Below are positions 40,245 to 53,745 of a stretch of DNA of 64,000 nt, piece by piece. A model generated the notes under the pieces. The model was not told where the DNA came from. It saw only the letters and a program-made list of their open reading frames with translations, and searched no databases. This stretch comes from the human T2T-CHM13v2.0 reference genome, Homo sapiens, in assembly GCF_009914755.1 (NCBI RefSeq), contig NC_060948.1. One strand, given 5' to 3'. Within the stretch, counting starts at the first letter, position 1; each line of letters starts with the position of its first letter. Both the position numbers and the translations under genes were made by a program.

Positions 40245-40430
40245 AAGAAGACTCAAGTAAGTAAGACAAGAATTGAAAAAGGTGACATCATAACTGATAC
40301 TCCAGAAATAAAAACTATAATTGGAGACTATCATCAATAACTATATGCTAACAAATTGGAAAACCTAGAGGAAATGAATACTTTCCTAGACATATAAAGC
40401 CTACCAAGAGTCAAAAAAAGAGAAATGTAA

Positions 40431-40718
<288 letters not shown>

Positions 40719-43700
40719 AAGAAAAAGAAAATATTAACAGACCAATAATAAGTAATGAGATGACACCAGTGACAAAATGTATCTCAACTAAGAAAATCCT
40801 AGGACTGGATGGTTTTTCTGTTAAATTCTATCCAATTTATAGTAAAAAACTAAAACCAATTCCTTTTAAAGTATTCTGAAAATTTGAAGAGATGGGAATT
40901 TTTCCTAACTCATACTATGAGACCAACATTACCATAATCCCAAGATCAGACAAGGACACAACTAAAAATTAAAACTACAGGCCAATATCCCTAATAAGCA
41001 TCAGTGCAAAAATTCTCAGCAAAATCTAGCAAGCCAAATCCAACAACACATTAAAAAGATAATACACGATCAATATATCTACTTTATTCTAGGTAGGGAA
41101 GGTTGTTTCAACACACCCAAGTCAATAAATGTGATATATCACATTGACAGAAAGAAGAACAAAAAGCATATGTTTATCTAAATAGATGCAGAAAAAGCAT
41201 ATGATAAAATTCAACATGCCATCACTTTCAACAAATTAGGCATAGGAACAGATTTCAACATAACCCACAACTAATATCATACTGAATGGTGAAAAGCTAC
41301 AAGCCTTTCCTCTAAAACCTGGAACAAGACAAATATACTCACAGTCTTCACACCTGTTCTGTACAGTACTAGAATTCTTAGCCAGGACAATCAGGCAAGT
41401 GAAAGAAAGAAAAATCATTCATATTAGTAAAAAGAAATCTCAAATTTTTCCTTTTCACAGATGACATGATCTTACATATAAAAACCCTAAAAACTCTATG
41501 AAAAACCTCTCAGAACTGATAAATGAATTCACTGAAATTGAAAGTTACAAAATCAACATACATAAATCCGTAATATTTCTATTTACCAGTAATAAACTAT
41601 CTGATAAAGAAATTAAAAAACAATCACATTAATAATAGCTACCAAAAATACCTAGGAATAAATTTAACTTAGTATATGAAAATTTCTACAAGGAAATCTG
41701 GAAAACACTAATCAAATAAACTGAAGAGTACACACACACCCCACAAATGGAAAGATATCTCATGCTGAAGAAATTGATATTGTTAAAGTGACCATATGTC
41801 CCAAAGCAATCTATAGATTTCATACAATCCCTATCAAAATACAAATAACATTTCTCACAGAAATAGAAAAAGCAATTCTAAAATTTGTATTGGACCAAAA
41901 ATACCCCAAATATTCAAAGCAATACTGAGTACAAAGAGAAAAATAGAAAGCATCACACTACTTGACTTCCACATATACTACAAAGATATAATAAAATAGT
42001 GTGATACTGGCACAAAAACAGACACATAAACTAATAAAACATATTTACAGTTTACTGATTTCATAGGGGAAAGGACACCCTTTTCAATAAATGATTCAGA
42101 GAAAACTGTATACCCAGATGAAGTATAAAATAAGACCCCTAAATTTTACTATACACAAAAACCAAGTCAAAATGTATTAAAGACTTAAATGTGAGTCTTA
42201 AAACTATGAAGCAACTAGAACAAAATACAAGGAAAACGCTTCAGGGCATTCATCTAGGAAACTATTTTATAGCTAAGATTGCAAATACTTCAAAAGCACA
42301 GTCTACAATACAAAAAATAAATGGGACTATATTAAACTAACAAGCTTCTTCACTGTAAATTTAATTATTAACAGGAAGAAGAGACACAACATGGAATGGG
42401 ATCAAATATTAACAAACTATTCATCTTTCAAGAGGCTAACATTCAGAACATACAAGAAATTCAAACAACTCAACAGTAAAAATAAAAATAATTTCATTAA
42501 CATGTGGGCAAAGGATCTCAATAGACATTTCTCAAAAGAGAACATACATTTGGCCAAGTATATGAAAAAATTTTCAACATTACTAATCAGGAAAATCCAA
42601 ATCCAAATCACAATGAATAGACTCCCTAGTAAAAATGGCTTTATCTAAAAGAAAAAAGTAATAAATGTGTGTGGAGAAAATAAGAAGAGGATTTGGAGAA
42701 AATTGAGCACTTATACCGTGTTGATGGCAATGTAAGTTAGTATACAGTCATTATGAAAAACAGTATGGAGGTCTCTCATAAAACTAAAAATAGAACTACA
42801 ATATGAGCCCGCAATCTCACTGACAGGTATTTATCCAAAAGAAAGGAAATCAATATATTAAAGAGATACCTGCACTCCAGTCTTTATTGCAGCACTAGTC
42901 ACAATAGCTAATATATAAAACCAACTTATTTTCATTAACAGCTGAATAGATTTAAAAATGTGATACATATACATAATATTACACAGACATAAAAAATAAA
43001 ATCCTATGATTTCAACATCATGGACAGAACTCGGGGTCATTATGTTAATTGAAATAAGCCAGGTATAGAAAGATAAATATTACATGTTCTCACTCATATA
43101 TAGGGGCTCAGAGCATTGCTGTTATTGAAATAGAAAGTAGATTATAACTAGTGTCTGGTAAGGTCAGTGAGGAGAATTAAGACGGGTTGGTTAACGGGTA
43201 CACACATACAGTTAGATAAAAGGGATAAGTTTTAGCGTTTAGTAGTACAGTAGATTAACTACAGTTAATTATAATCTATTTGCATTTATCTAAATTGATA
43301 GAGCAGAGATTTGACATATTCCCAACACAAGGAAATGGCAGACATTTAAACCCTTATTTGATCATTACACATTGTTTAGGCATATCAAAATATCACATGC
43401 ACCCCATAAATATGTATAATTATTATGTATCAATAAACATTTTTAGAAACAATATATGAGGAAAGTACAAACTTGTGGTGAAAGAAATTAAATAAGAGTC
43501 AAATAGATGGATATTCTATATTCAGGGAGAAGACCCAATAATGTTAAGATGTGAGTTTTTCTCAAGTTGATCTACAGATTAAATGCAATCCTGGTAAAAA
43601 TCTCAACAGTTATTTGCTGAATTGACAAAGTGATTCTCAAGTTTATATGGCAGGGCAAATGATACAGAATATCCTGTACAACAATAAAAAAGAATGAAGT

Positions 43701-43745
43701 CAGAAGGCTGACAATATCAGACTTCAAGGTTTACTATAAAGCTAC

Positions 43746-45007
43746 CCTCCCCCTTCCCCTCCCCCTCCCCCTCTCCCTCTCCCTCTCCACGGTCTCCCCC
43801 TGATGCCGAGCGGAGGCTGGACTGTACTGCCGCCATCTCGGCTCACTGCAACCTCCCTGCCTGATTCTCCTGCCTCAGCCTGCCGAGTGCCTGGGATTGC
43901 AGGCATGCGCCGCCACGCCTGACTCGTTTTTGTATTTTTTGGTGGAGACGGGGTTTCGCCGTGTTGGCCGGGCTGGTCTGCAGCTCCTCACCGCGAGTGA
44001 TCTGCCTGCCTCCGCCTCCGGAGGTGCCGGGATTGCAGACGGAATCTCGCTCAGTCAGTGCTCAATGTTGCCCAGGCTGGAGTGCAGTGGCGTGATCTCG
44101 GCTCGCTACAACCCCCACCTCCCAGCCGCCTGCCTTGGCCTCCCAAAGTGCTGAGATTGTAGCCTCTGCCTGGCTGCCACCCCGTCTGGGAACTGAGGAG
44201 TGTCTCTGCCTGACCGCCACCCCGTCTGGGAGGTGAGGAGCATCTGCACGGCCGCCCCGTCTGAGAAGTGAGGAGTCCCTCTGCCCAGCAGCCGCCCCGT
44301 CTGGGAAGTGAGGAGCCCCTCCGCCCAGCAGCTGCCCCATCCGGGAGGGAGGTGGGGGGCAGCCCCCGCCCTGCCAGCTGCCCCCTCTGGGAGGGAGGTG
44401 GGGGGCAGCCCCCGCCAGGCCACTGCCCCGTCCGGGAAGTGAGGGGCCCGTGTGCCTGGTGGCCACCCCATCTGGGAGGTGTACCCAACAGCTCATCGAG
44501 AACGGGCCATGATGACGATGGCGATTTTGTCAAATAGAAAAGGGGGAAATGTGGAGAAAAGAAAGAGAGATCAGATTGTTACTGTGTCTGTGTAGCAAGA
44601 AGTAGACATGGGAGACTCCATTTTGTTCTGTACTAAGAAAAATTCTTCTGCCTTGGGATGCCATTAATCTATAACCTTACCCCCAACCCCCTGTTCTCTG
44701 AAACATGTGCTGTGTCCACTCAGGGTTAAATGGATTAAGGGCGGTGCAAGATGTGCTTTGTTAAACAGATGCTTGAAGGCAGCATGCTCTTTAAGAGTCA
44801 TCACCACTCCCTAATCTCAAGTACCCAGGGACACAAACCCTGCGAAGGCCACAGGGTCCTCTGCCTAGGAAAACCGGAGACCCTTGTTCACATATTTATC
44901 TGCTGACCTTCCCTCCACTATTGTCCTATGACCCTGCCAAATCCCCCTCTCTGAGAAACACCCAAGAATGATCAATGAATACTAAAAAAAAAAAAAAAAA
45001 AAAAAAA
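43746..45007 (+). mobile_element. Full-length SVA retrotransposon (older, A/B-like; short VNTR)
   Basis: CCCTCT/CCCCCT hexamer head 43746-43788, antisense Alu-like domain, GC-rich VNTR ~44165-44480, HERV-K-derived SINE-R to 44983, A24 tail 44984-45007. Confidence 0.97.
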
Positions 45008-45146
45008 GAGAGTGACGAACTGGGATATCTGGTGGAAGAAATATCTAAGCAGCAAAGCATTCAGACTGCTGTGTGGCTGTTTTTAACTGCATGCAATCAG
45101 ATGTGAGAGGAAAGAAATAAAGATGGAATTTATAATTAAAAAAAAA
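45008..45146 (+). other. SVA 3'-transduced segment (MaLR-internal-like) with second A-tail
   Basis: Lies between the SVA A-tail and the 3' copy of TSD ataaagctac (43736-43745 / 45146-45155); AATAAA at 45116-45121. Confidence 0.85.
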
Positions 45147-45607
45147 TAAAGCTACACTATTCAAGACCGTGTGACATTAGTAAAAGAATAAACAGATCAA
45201 AGAAACAAAATAGAATGTCAGACACGGACACATATAAATAAAGTCAACTTGTCTTTAAGAAACAAGCAAAGGCAATAGAAGTAATATAGAAAGAATAGTC
45301 TTTTTAACAAATGATCCTAGAACTCTACATCTACAGTAAAAAATAAATTTTTTTCACAAAAATTAACTCAGAATGAATTATATACCTAAATATAAAACAG
45401 AACCATAAAATTCTAGGATTTTTGAATCCTAGACTTTTAATGTAAGTTATGTATATAACAAAATTTTTATATATAAAAATACATGTAATATATATTTTTA
45501 CTTTATATATAAACATATAAGTTTTATAAATCAACTTGTACAGTACATAAAAGTTTAAGAAGATAACACAGGAGTAAATGTAAATTACCTTGGGTATGAC
45601 AATTGAC

Positions 45608-45931
45608 TTTTTTTTTCTTTTTGGAGATGGAGTCTCATTCTGTCGCCAGGCTGGAGTGCAGTGGTGTGATCTCAGCTCACTGAAACGTCTGCCTCCTGGG
45701 TTCAAGCAATTCTCCTGGCTCAGTTCTCCAGTAGCTGGGACTTCCTATCTCAGCCTCCCGAGTAGCTGGGACTATAGGTGCGGACAACCACACGCAGCTA
45801 AGTTTTGTATTTTTAGTAGAGATAGGGTTTCACCATGTTGGCTATGAGGTCTCCATCTCTTGACATCGTGATCCACCCACTTTGGCCTCCCAAAGTGCTG
45901 GGATTACAGGAGTGAGCTACCATGCCTAGCC
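45608..45931 (-). mobile_element. AluSc-like with internal ~30-bp duplication
   Basis: tctgtcgccaggctgg; TSD acaattgacttttt on both sides. Confidence 0.93.
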
Positions 45932-46991
45932 AACAATTGACTTTTTAGATACAACACCTAAGACATGCTCCATTTAAAAATAATAATAAGTTGGACTTAG
46001 TTATGATTTAAAAACTTCCATTATGCACTGTTAACAGAATTTAAAGATAAAGTACATTCTGCAAAAAATATTTGCAAACACATGAGTGATAAAGGATTAG
46101 TATTTAAAACATACAAAGAACCCTTAAAACTTAACATAAGGAAACAAACAACCTTATTAAAAATAGCTAAAATCCTCACATGGAGCACCAAAAAAACAAC
46201 AACAGCAAAGTAAAAGAACTGAAGAACTGAAGAGACACCTCACCAAAAAAGATATACAGATTACAAATAAGCATATAAAATTACTTTATGTCATATGTCA
46301 TTAAGAAATTACAAATTTAAAAAATGAGATATAGCTACATATCTGTTGGAATGTAGATAAACAATGAAAATACCAAATGCCATTGAGGATGCTCCAAATG
46401 GAGCAACAGAAACATTCATTCATTTCTGGTGGGAATGCAAAATTATAAAGCCACTTGGGGAGAAAGCTGGGCAGTTTTTTATAAAACTAAATAGAATATC
46501 ACCATCTAATTCAACAAGTACATTTTTTGGTATATACCTAAAGAAGCTGAAAACTCATGTTTATATAAAATCCTGCATTCGAATACCTACTGCAGCTATA
46601 TTCATAATTGCCAAAACTTGGAAGCAACCAAGATGTTTTTCAATAGGTGAATTATTAATAAACTGTGGTCCACCCACACAATTGAATATTTTTTAGCAAT
46701 AAAAATAAATGAGCTACCAAGCCACGAAAAACATATTGCTAAGTGAACGAACCCAATCTTAAAAGGCTACATACTGTATGATTACAACTATATAACATTT
46801 TGGAAAAGACAAAACTATAGAGAAAGTAAAAGGATCAGAAGTTGCCATGTGAGGGAGGAAGGAATGAATAGTCAAGAGCACAGAGTATTTTTAGGCCAGC
46901 GAAAGTATTCTGTATAATATACTAATAATGAATACGTTTCGTTACACATGTGTGAACAAATGTAGAATGTATAATGCAAAGAGTGAATACT

Positions 46992-47285
46992 GGCTGGGTG
47001 CGGTGGCTTACGCGTCTAATCCCAGCAGTTTGGGAAGCCGAGGCAGGCAGATCACGAGGTCAGGAGATGGAAACCATCCTGGCTAACACAGTGAAACCCC
47101 GTCTCTACTAAATATACAAAAAATTAGCTGGGCATGGTGGTGGGCGCCAGTAGTCTACTTGGGAGGCTGAGACAGGAGAATGGCGTGAACCCAGGAGGCG
47201 GAGCTTCTGGGGAGCCAAGATCAGGCCACTGCACTCCAGCCTGGGTGACAGAGTGAGACTCCATCTCAGAAAAAAAAAAAAAAAA
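46992..47285 (+). mobile_element. AluY-like
   Basis: accatcctggctaacac, gagaatggcgtgaaccc; TSD aaagagtgaat(a/c)ct. Confidence 0.93.
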
Positions 47286-48593
47286 AGAGTGAATCCTTAT
47301 GTACATTATGGACTTGGGTTTATAGTAATGTATCAATATTGGTTCATCAGTTGGAAAAAATGTACTATACTAATTAATGCAAGATGACAAATATAAAAAC
47401 ATAGGGAGGGAAGATATGTGAGAACTTTCTATAATTTCAGGCTAATTTTTCTTTAAATGTGAAATTTCAAAAAATCTATTAACTTAAAAATAAATATTTT
47501 CATTTCTTATTCTTAATCTCCTTCCAGTTATAAAGTATCCAGAAATGTCCTGTTTGTATGATATCTGTTATCAAAAACTGGAGAAGAAAAGTGCTACAAA
47601 GAATCAGCAGAACTCCACTGGAGTTTCACCAGTTTGATATATTCAGGCTAATGCACATTACTATTGCACAACACAAGAGCCTTCCCTTGACCTGACTTCC
47701 AGTAAACAGTTTCCTTCCTCACACTTTGGAGAAAACGATATAGGGTGTTAATATATTCAGTAATATCATAAGGTGATGACAAACAAAAACCCAGAGGAGA
47801 TGGTCAATTTTTAGAAATTGTATCTGCTTCACTGGGCAGCAGCTGGAATCAAGGAGCTGTAAAGAACATCCCCTTCTTTGATTTGTGAAGTTGCCTAAAA
47901 TTGGCAAACTACACTGCCTGTACACATGGGGTCTTTACAAAGGGAGAAGGTGCTTAAGAAAGGCCTATATTAGGGAATCACTGCAGGCACCTGAGCAATT
48001 TTTAAGCCAACATCCAACATCCTTTACTTTTCAGCTCAAGTCATAAAGATATGAAAAAAAATAATAATAATTTATTTTTGACTTGGCTATTTTAAGTTGA
48101 AATTTTTATCTTTCTTATTTTATCATGTATTTAGAGAATTAAATTTTAATAGACCTTCTACTTTGTTCTTCATAGTTGCCTTGTAGAACTTGAGCCTCTT
48201 TTGACCTTATGACCAGTCCTCATCTTCTAATCCATCAGGTACAGGGCTCAGTTTCTGTGACTACTTTGCCTGGTGCTGTCTTTTCTCTCTGCAGCTCACC
48301 TCCTTTTGATCATAGCCAAGTATTCAGGTTGAAGATTAGACATTTTGACCATTCTGGCTGGCTCTCTCCCTGAATCTGAAACTATCAACAAAGAAGAAAC
48401 ACCGTTGGGGCTAATTAGGGTCCATCGTTAAAATATGCTGAACTTAAGCCCATAACTCCTCCCATCTTATGTTGTTATTCACAAATTAAGCATTTATTTG
48501 GGGTAATAAATCAATAGGTTTATGAGAAGTTTCACAGACAGCCAAAAAGGGAGAAAACCCCTCTCCAGAAATCTTCATTAAAAAGTTGAGTGA

Positions 48594-48886
48594 GGCCGGG
48601 TGTGGTGGCTCAGGCCTTTAATCCCAGCACTTTGGGAGGCCAACGTGGGCGGATCATGAGGTCAGGAGTTTGAGACCAGCCTGGCCAAAACAGTGAAACC
48701 CCATCTTTACTAAAAATACAAAAAAAAAATTAGCCAGACATGGTGGCACCGGTATTTTGGAGGCTGAGGCAGAAGAATCACTTGAATCCAGGAGATGGAG
48801 GTTGCAGTGAGTCAAAGTCGCACCACTGCACTCTAGTCTGAGCGACAGAACCAGACTCCATCTGAAAAAACAAACAAAAACAAAAA
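48594..48886 (+). mobile_element. AluSg-like with small right-arm deletion
   Basis: cggatcatgaggtcaggagtttgag; flanking tgagtga direct repeat. Confidence 0.92.
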
Positions 48887-49721
48887 CCTGAGTGAACAGA
48901 ACTGGGGTGTCTCTGGTGCACCCCTAATCTGGTGTCTTCACCTTTCCTACCTTCTTGCTAGCTCTCAACTGCCTGACCCAGCCCATCTCACATCTTTTTG
49001 CCCACATCTGTGCTCCTGGGAGAGATCTTGACGAAGACAGCAAGTTCATCCCGCCCACACCCAGTGCTGGCCCGCAATTGGCTGAGCTTGCAGTAAGGAC
49101 GCTAGCCAGAGAAGCAAAGTTTATTTCAACTTAATGTATGATCTTCCCTGGATTTGTGAGCTACCCTAACTCAACATCCTCCCCTCAGTTTGTACTCGTC
49201 TACAGTAGGCTTTCATATTCAACTAAGGGTTAGAAAGCACTTTCTTTCCAGGTACATTAAAGCTGGGACCGGGAGTCTGGGCCAGTCCTATACGACGACT
49301 TTGGAAGACCTCGAAGGAAAGGATAGCCTAGGAATCATCTCGTTTGGACCTCCCTCGCCCTACCACGTGCATAGTCTCTATGGACTAATGCTCTCTATGT
49401 ATAGTAGGTTCCAGCGGAGTATAGGAGAGCTAAAAATAGAAAAATCCTTACTCGCTGGGACACAGGGAAGACATAGGAACGACTACGCTTTTTCTTTAAT
49501 ACCGAACCCAAGTCACTCTTGCACTTTATTGTCAGCACACATTCTGACTGTAAAAGCCTTTACTGCCGCCACGCGAGAGAGTTCGAAATATTGTTCAAAT
49601 ATTTCTGCACTTTAGACAAACCCATCTTATCAGTACAGAAGCTGGACTCTATACTCCATTCGGCCGAGGCTTGCAACCTGAATCAACGGCATCTCCACCT
49701 CTTTTGGAGATCCCATCCTTT

Positions 49722-49997
49722 TGTGGGGGAAGGGGTCTCGCTCTGTCGCCCAGGCTGGAGTGCAGTGGCGTGATCCGGGCTCGCTGAAACTTCTTCCTCC
49801 CGGGTTCAAGTAATTCTCCTGCCTCAGCCTCCCGAGTAAGTTGGACTTACAGGCACCCTCCACAACACACGACTAATTTTTCTATTTTTAGTAGAGAAGG
49901 AGTTTCACCGTATTGGCGAGGCTGGAACTCCTGACCTTGTGATCCACCCGCCCCCGCCTTCCAAAGTGCTGAGATTACAGCTGTGAGCCACCGACCC
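49722..49997 (-). mobile_element. AluS, CpG-retaining, tail degenerated
   Basis: TSD tggagatcccatc(c)tttt at ~49704-49721 and 49998-50014. Confidence 0.93.
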
Positions 49998-50637
49998 TGG
50001 AGATCCCATCTTTTACCAGGCTGGCTCCTGAAAGGGTGAGAAGCTGCTCAATGCACACGCGGGACAAGTCGGGAAATTAGCTGTAGGTGCACAGGATAGA
50101 GGAGGGAGGGAAGGCCACAAGATTTATTTAAAGATGTTCAACAAGAAGCGAGAGAGACACGCACCTGAAAACCTCTGAGCCGTGAAATCTCAGGAGTCCT
50201 ATTTTAACTCGCGGACGAGTAGTTTCCGGTCCCTACTTAGCTCAGCCGCGAGTCTCTCTGACAGCACATCAGCAACTCTGCAAGCCCTTCAGTGCCTAAA
50301 TGGATTTCGAACCTTGCTTGCATTCTGCTCTGCTGCGAAGGCTCTCCTAATTCCCCACCTCTAACTTGTCCCAACCCACATCCTGCCTCCCTGGGTAGGA
50401 GCCAGCGCCTTGCCTCTGGGGCTTCGCTAGAGAAGCCTAGGGCGCGGTCGTTTGCATCCATCCCTGCGGTTGCAATTCCCAAAGCCTTAGCAATTTGCCA
50501 CTCTATCACAGGTGACTGAAACTTCACACTAGCCTTGCTCACCTTCATGACAACCTCCCAAACCCGCTTGCTTTGCTTTCCTTGCCACTTGCAGTGAGTT
50601 TTCTTTAGAGTGGAACCCAGATTCCGCCTCGAAGTTT

Positions 50638-50714
50638 TGTAATTTGCAACAGCATAAAGGGAACTGAAGAACATTATGTTAAGTGAAATATCTCAGGCAC
50701 GGAAAGACAGACTT
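50638..50714 (+). mobile_element. Small L1MA ORF2 C-terminal fragment
   Basis: atttgcaacagcataaagggaactgaagaacattatgttaagtgaaatatctcaggcacggaaagacaga (IMLSEISQARKD). Confidence 0.7.
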
Positions 50715-53590
50715 TTGAGTCAGCGGCCGAACTTTGTGCCTAAATTCTTCGCTGCGAACGATACCAAGATAAGCCCAAGCTATGGGACATCAGGCCAAGA
50801 AGTGCTCACACGCAAGACAGAACAAAAGTGGGAGAAGCAAAGCAAAACACTTCAGGTCGACCAAAAAGATTGGCAAGCGCAGGCAAAAGGCTAGAACCAA
50901 AATACTGGAGATCAGGAAGTGTGTGCACAAGTCACTGACGCTATAGGAGTAGCCAATATATATGAGCCTTGCATCTCATACCACATTTAGCCCACCCAGT
51001 CACCAGCACCGGGATCTGCAGCCTCTACTTGTCTGTCTGTTTAAGCCCTGCCAGCGAGTAGCAGAGCCTACAGCATGGTCTTCACTGTTCTGGACCCCTT
51101 GGTGCCTGCCATTCCCTGGGCTGAGGACACAAGTAGTGGCACTTTCTCAGGGCATGAGCACAGCAGTTGCTTAGCTTCTATCTCAGTCCTGGTGGCTAAA
51201 GTCAATAGTCATCTTTAACTCCATGGTGCAATAGGGACTGGCGCTTTCTCTGTATGCATTTTCCACTCCTAGTCATCAATAGAAAGAAACTTATAGTACA
51301 ACCTGCAGAACAAGAAACAGTACAATGCAAGAATAAATCCCCAATCTGAGGTTCTCTGGTTCTTTTCTGGCTCAATCACAGTCACTCCCTTTCCCATTAT
51401 TTCTTTTTTAGCAGGCTGCTCAAACTTGACATTAAGCAAACTGCTTTTCCTACAGGGCTATCTGTGCCCATACGCTATCCACTCCCCTCCCCTCACCCAT
51501 TCCTTTCCACCACCACCACCACCCACACACATCGAGTCATTCTAACTCTTCTTATTTCCCAACAGGCTTCTGGGACAACAAATAATCTGTCTTGTTCTAG
51601 TTTACAAAGGTGAGGACAAGAGGATATTAAGGTGTCTAAACACTCCTGCAAGAACCAGAATTCAGAAGAAGAGGAAGTTCCCAAGTTAATAGTTGCTTTT
51701 TCAGATAATTATGTGTCCAGAAAAAAATATTTTCTTCTTTATCAAGGCATAAAAACACGATTTGTTCTGTCCTTACAGAGAAAGAAAATTGTGATAAACG
51801 AATGGAGTAGGGACAGAAGAGAATAAATGCACATCTCTGAAATATGCAGTTTTCATTTTCCAGTATGGAAACATGAGAGAAACTGAGTTGAAGGATTTTG
51901 GATCCTAATCAAGTTAAATTATGTTATGTTAACAAATTGAAGTGCTTTCCTCTACCCTTTATGTTGAGTTATATTATCTACTTTACATACTATTTTTATT
52001 ATATCTTAATATCAGTATGAACTAAGTTGGAGATCTTGCTGTCATTATAACCTATTGAGTAATCATTTCAGAAAAAACATCATGTAATAGTATTTCTAGT
52101 AAGAGATACATTGGAAAGGAACTGTTGGAAGATGACAGTTAATAATATCTGGGCCACAGCTCTTTGTAAACCTAATAGCTGTTAGAGAGCCACTACAGAG
52201 AAAAAAATATTCTACTCTCTCAGAACTAACATATATAAATAAAGCTGATACCTGAGCCTTCTACAGATTCATCCCTGGCTTACTATTAGGTCTAGCATCC
52301 TGAAAGTGTGTAATGTAGGCTTTTTAAGGCCAACCTTTACCTATTTTTATGAAGTTCAGCTCTAGAGGTTATAGGAAACTCTAAAAAAAATGTACCCCTC
52401 AAAGGAAATGACATTCTACAGGCAGATATTGCTATACAGTGGCTACAGTTTTATCACTAGCAATATTGAGCAGGTGTCACTACCAGACTCCTTGAACACT
52501 TCCTACAGGTTGTGTCCTCCTCCATATGCCACCATTTGAAGCAAAGGCAATAGTTGCACCAAGAGAGACACACCCTCCAATATCTGCCCTAAAGTGTTAG
52601 TCTAGAATATAAAGAACTTGAAGTAAAAAGAAAAAAAAAATCTAAAAAACAAATTGTTTTCATATTTGAGTTTGAAAAGCTATGAAATGTATTTTAAGAT
52701 GCCACACTGGCAAAATTTGATCAGTTTTGATGGACACATTTCCTTGGTTTCTTATTTACCTTCCCTTGCAATATGATGGATTATTCTTTTTTTTCCTTAT
52801 TGCCTAGATAAAAAAGAGTCTGTGCCTTAGTAGAATAATTTTCTCCTCATTATTTGTCTTCATTTTTTTGAAGGAAAAAATACAAAAAAAGTTTTCCACT
52901 TTTGAATGTAATATTTTTCAAAATCACATATTAACTTCTTCACTTCTGTATTTATTTTTACATGTTTTATTGTCTCCTTTAAGTGGGTAACCAAATATTG
53001 TTTCTCAGACACCAATGGTCCTATCTTAATGAAATGTTCACATACCCTTTGAGCTTTTTTCCCCTTTCCAAGTCAGATTAATTATAAAATGGAATAAAAT
53101 AAAACTTTCGGGGTATATTTTATACCTAAAATGATTTTTGAGATTTTGACTCTTAGAAAAATCACAAATATGTGTTATTTCATATTAAGAAGAAAATCGA
53201 TGATGATAAAATTTATTTGATATGGTACTATTAAAGTGTTTTATTAGAGCTATCAAATCGGAAGGCATACACAGACTACCCTGTGTTAAATTTGAATAAA
53301 CAAAACCTTATTTACACACATAGTTCAGAAATCATATGCTGTACCTGAAGTTCCTAAAGATTTGTCAATAAACTTGCTCTCTAGTATGTTTTTTTTTAAA
53401 TCAGAATACTGTGGTTACTTAGCCTGATATTAAGCCAAAACAATATGGCATTATCAGTAATAATTTTTTAAGATATTAACTTCATCACAACTTTACATTT
53501 TCAGTTTAATACACCATCTTCTGGCCCACTAATTTCTATTGGGATGCATCTCTTAAGTTTTATTAAAATATAGATGGTGTATTAAAATAC

Positions 53591-53745
53591 TGGCTGAGCA
53601 TGGTTGGCGCACACTTTAGGAGGCTGTCACACTCATATGGTTGGCTGGCACTTTAGGAGGCTAAGGCAGGAGGATTCCTTGAATCCAGAAGTTGGAGAGC
53701 AGCTTGGGCAGCATAGTGAGATCCTGCCTCTCCAACAACAAAAAC
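53591..53745 (+). mobile_element. FLAM/Alu monomer with internal duplication
   Basis: gcactttaggaggctaaggcaggaggattccttgaatccagaagttggagagcagcttgggcagcatagtgagatcc. Confidence 0.8.

Larger units (their letters stand above)
49000..50900. promoter_or_regulatory. CpG-enriched candidate promoter/enhancer region
   Basis: CpG frequency visibly above flanks; GC box ccgccc (~49051); ETS-like tttccgg (50223-50229); the embedded Alu retains CpGs. Confidence 0.5.

Noticed and set aside
44051-44537. Several overlapping 90-160 aa ORFs
   Set aside because: They are artefacts of the GC-rich, stop-poor SVA VNTR and Alu-like domain.
50302-50313. B-box-like GGTTCGAAATCC on the minus strand (possible tRNA gene)
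   Set aside because: The spacing is off by one, and no A-box, cloverleaf or terminator could be built.
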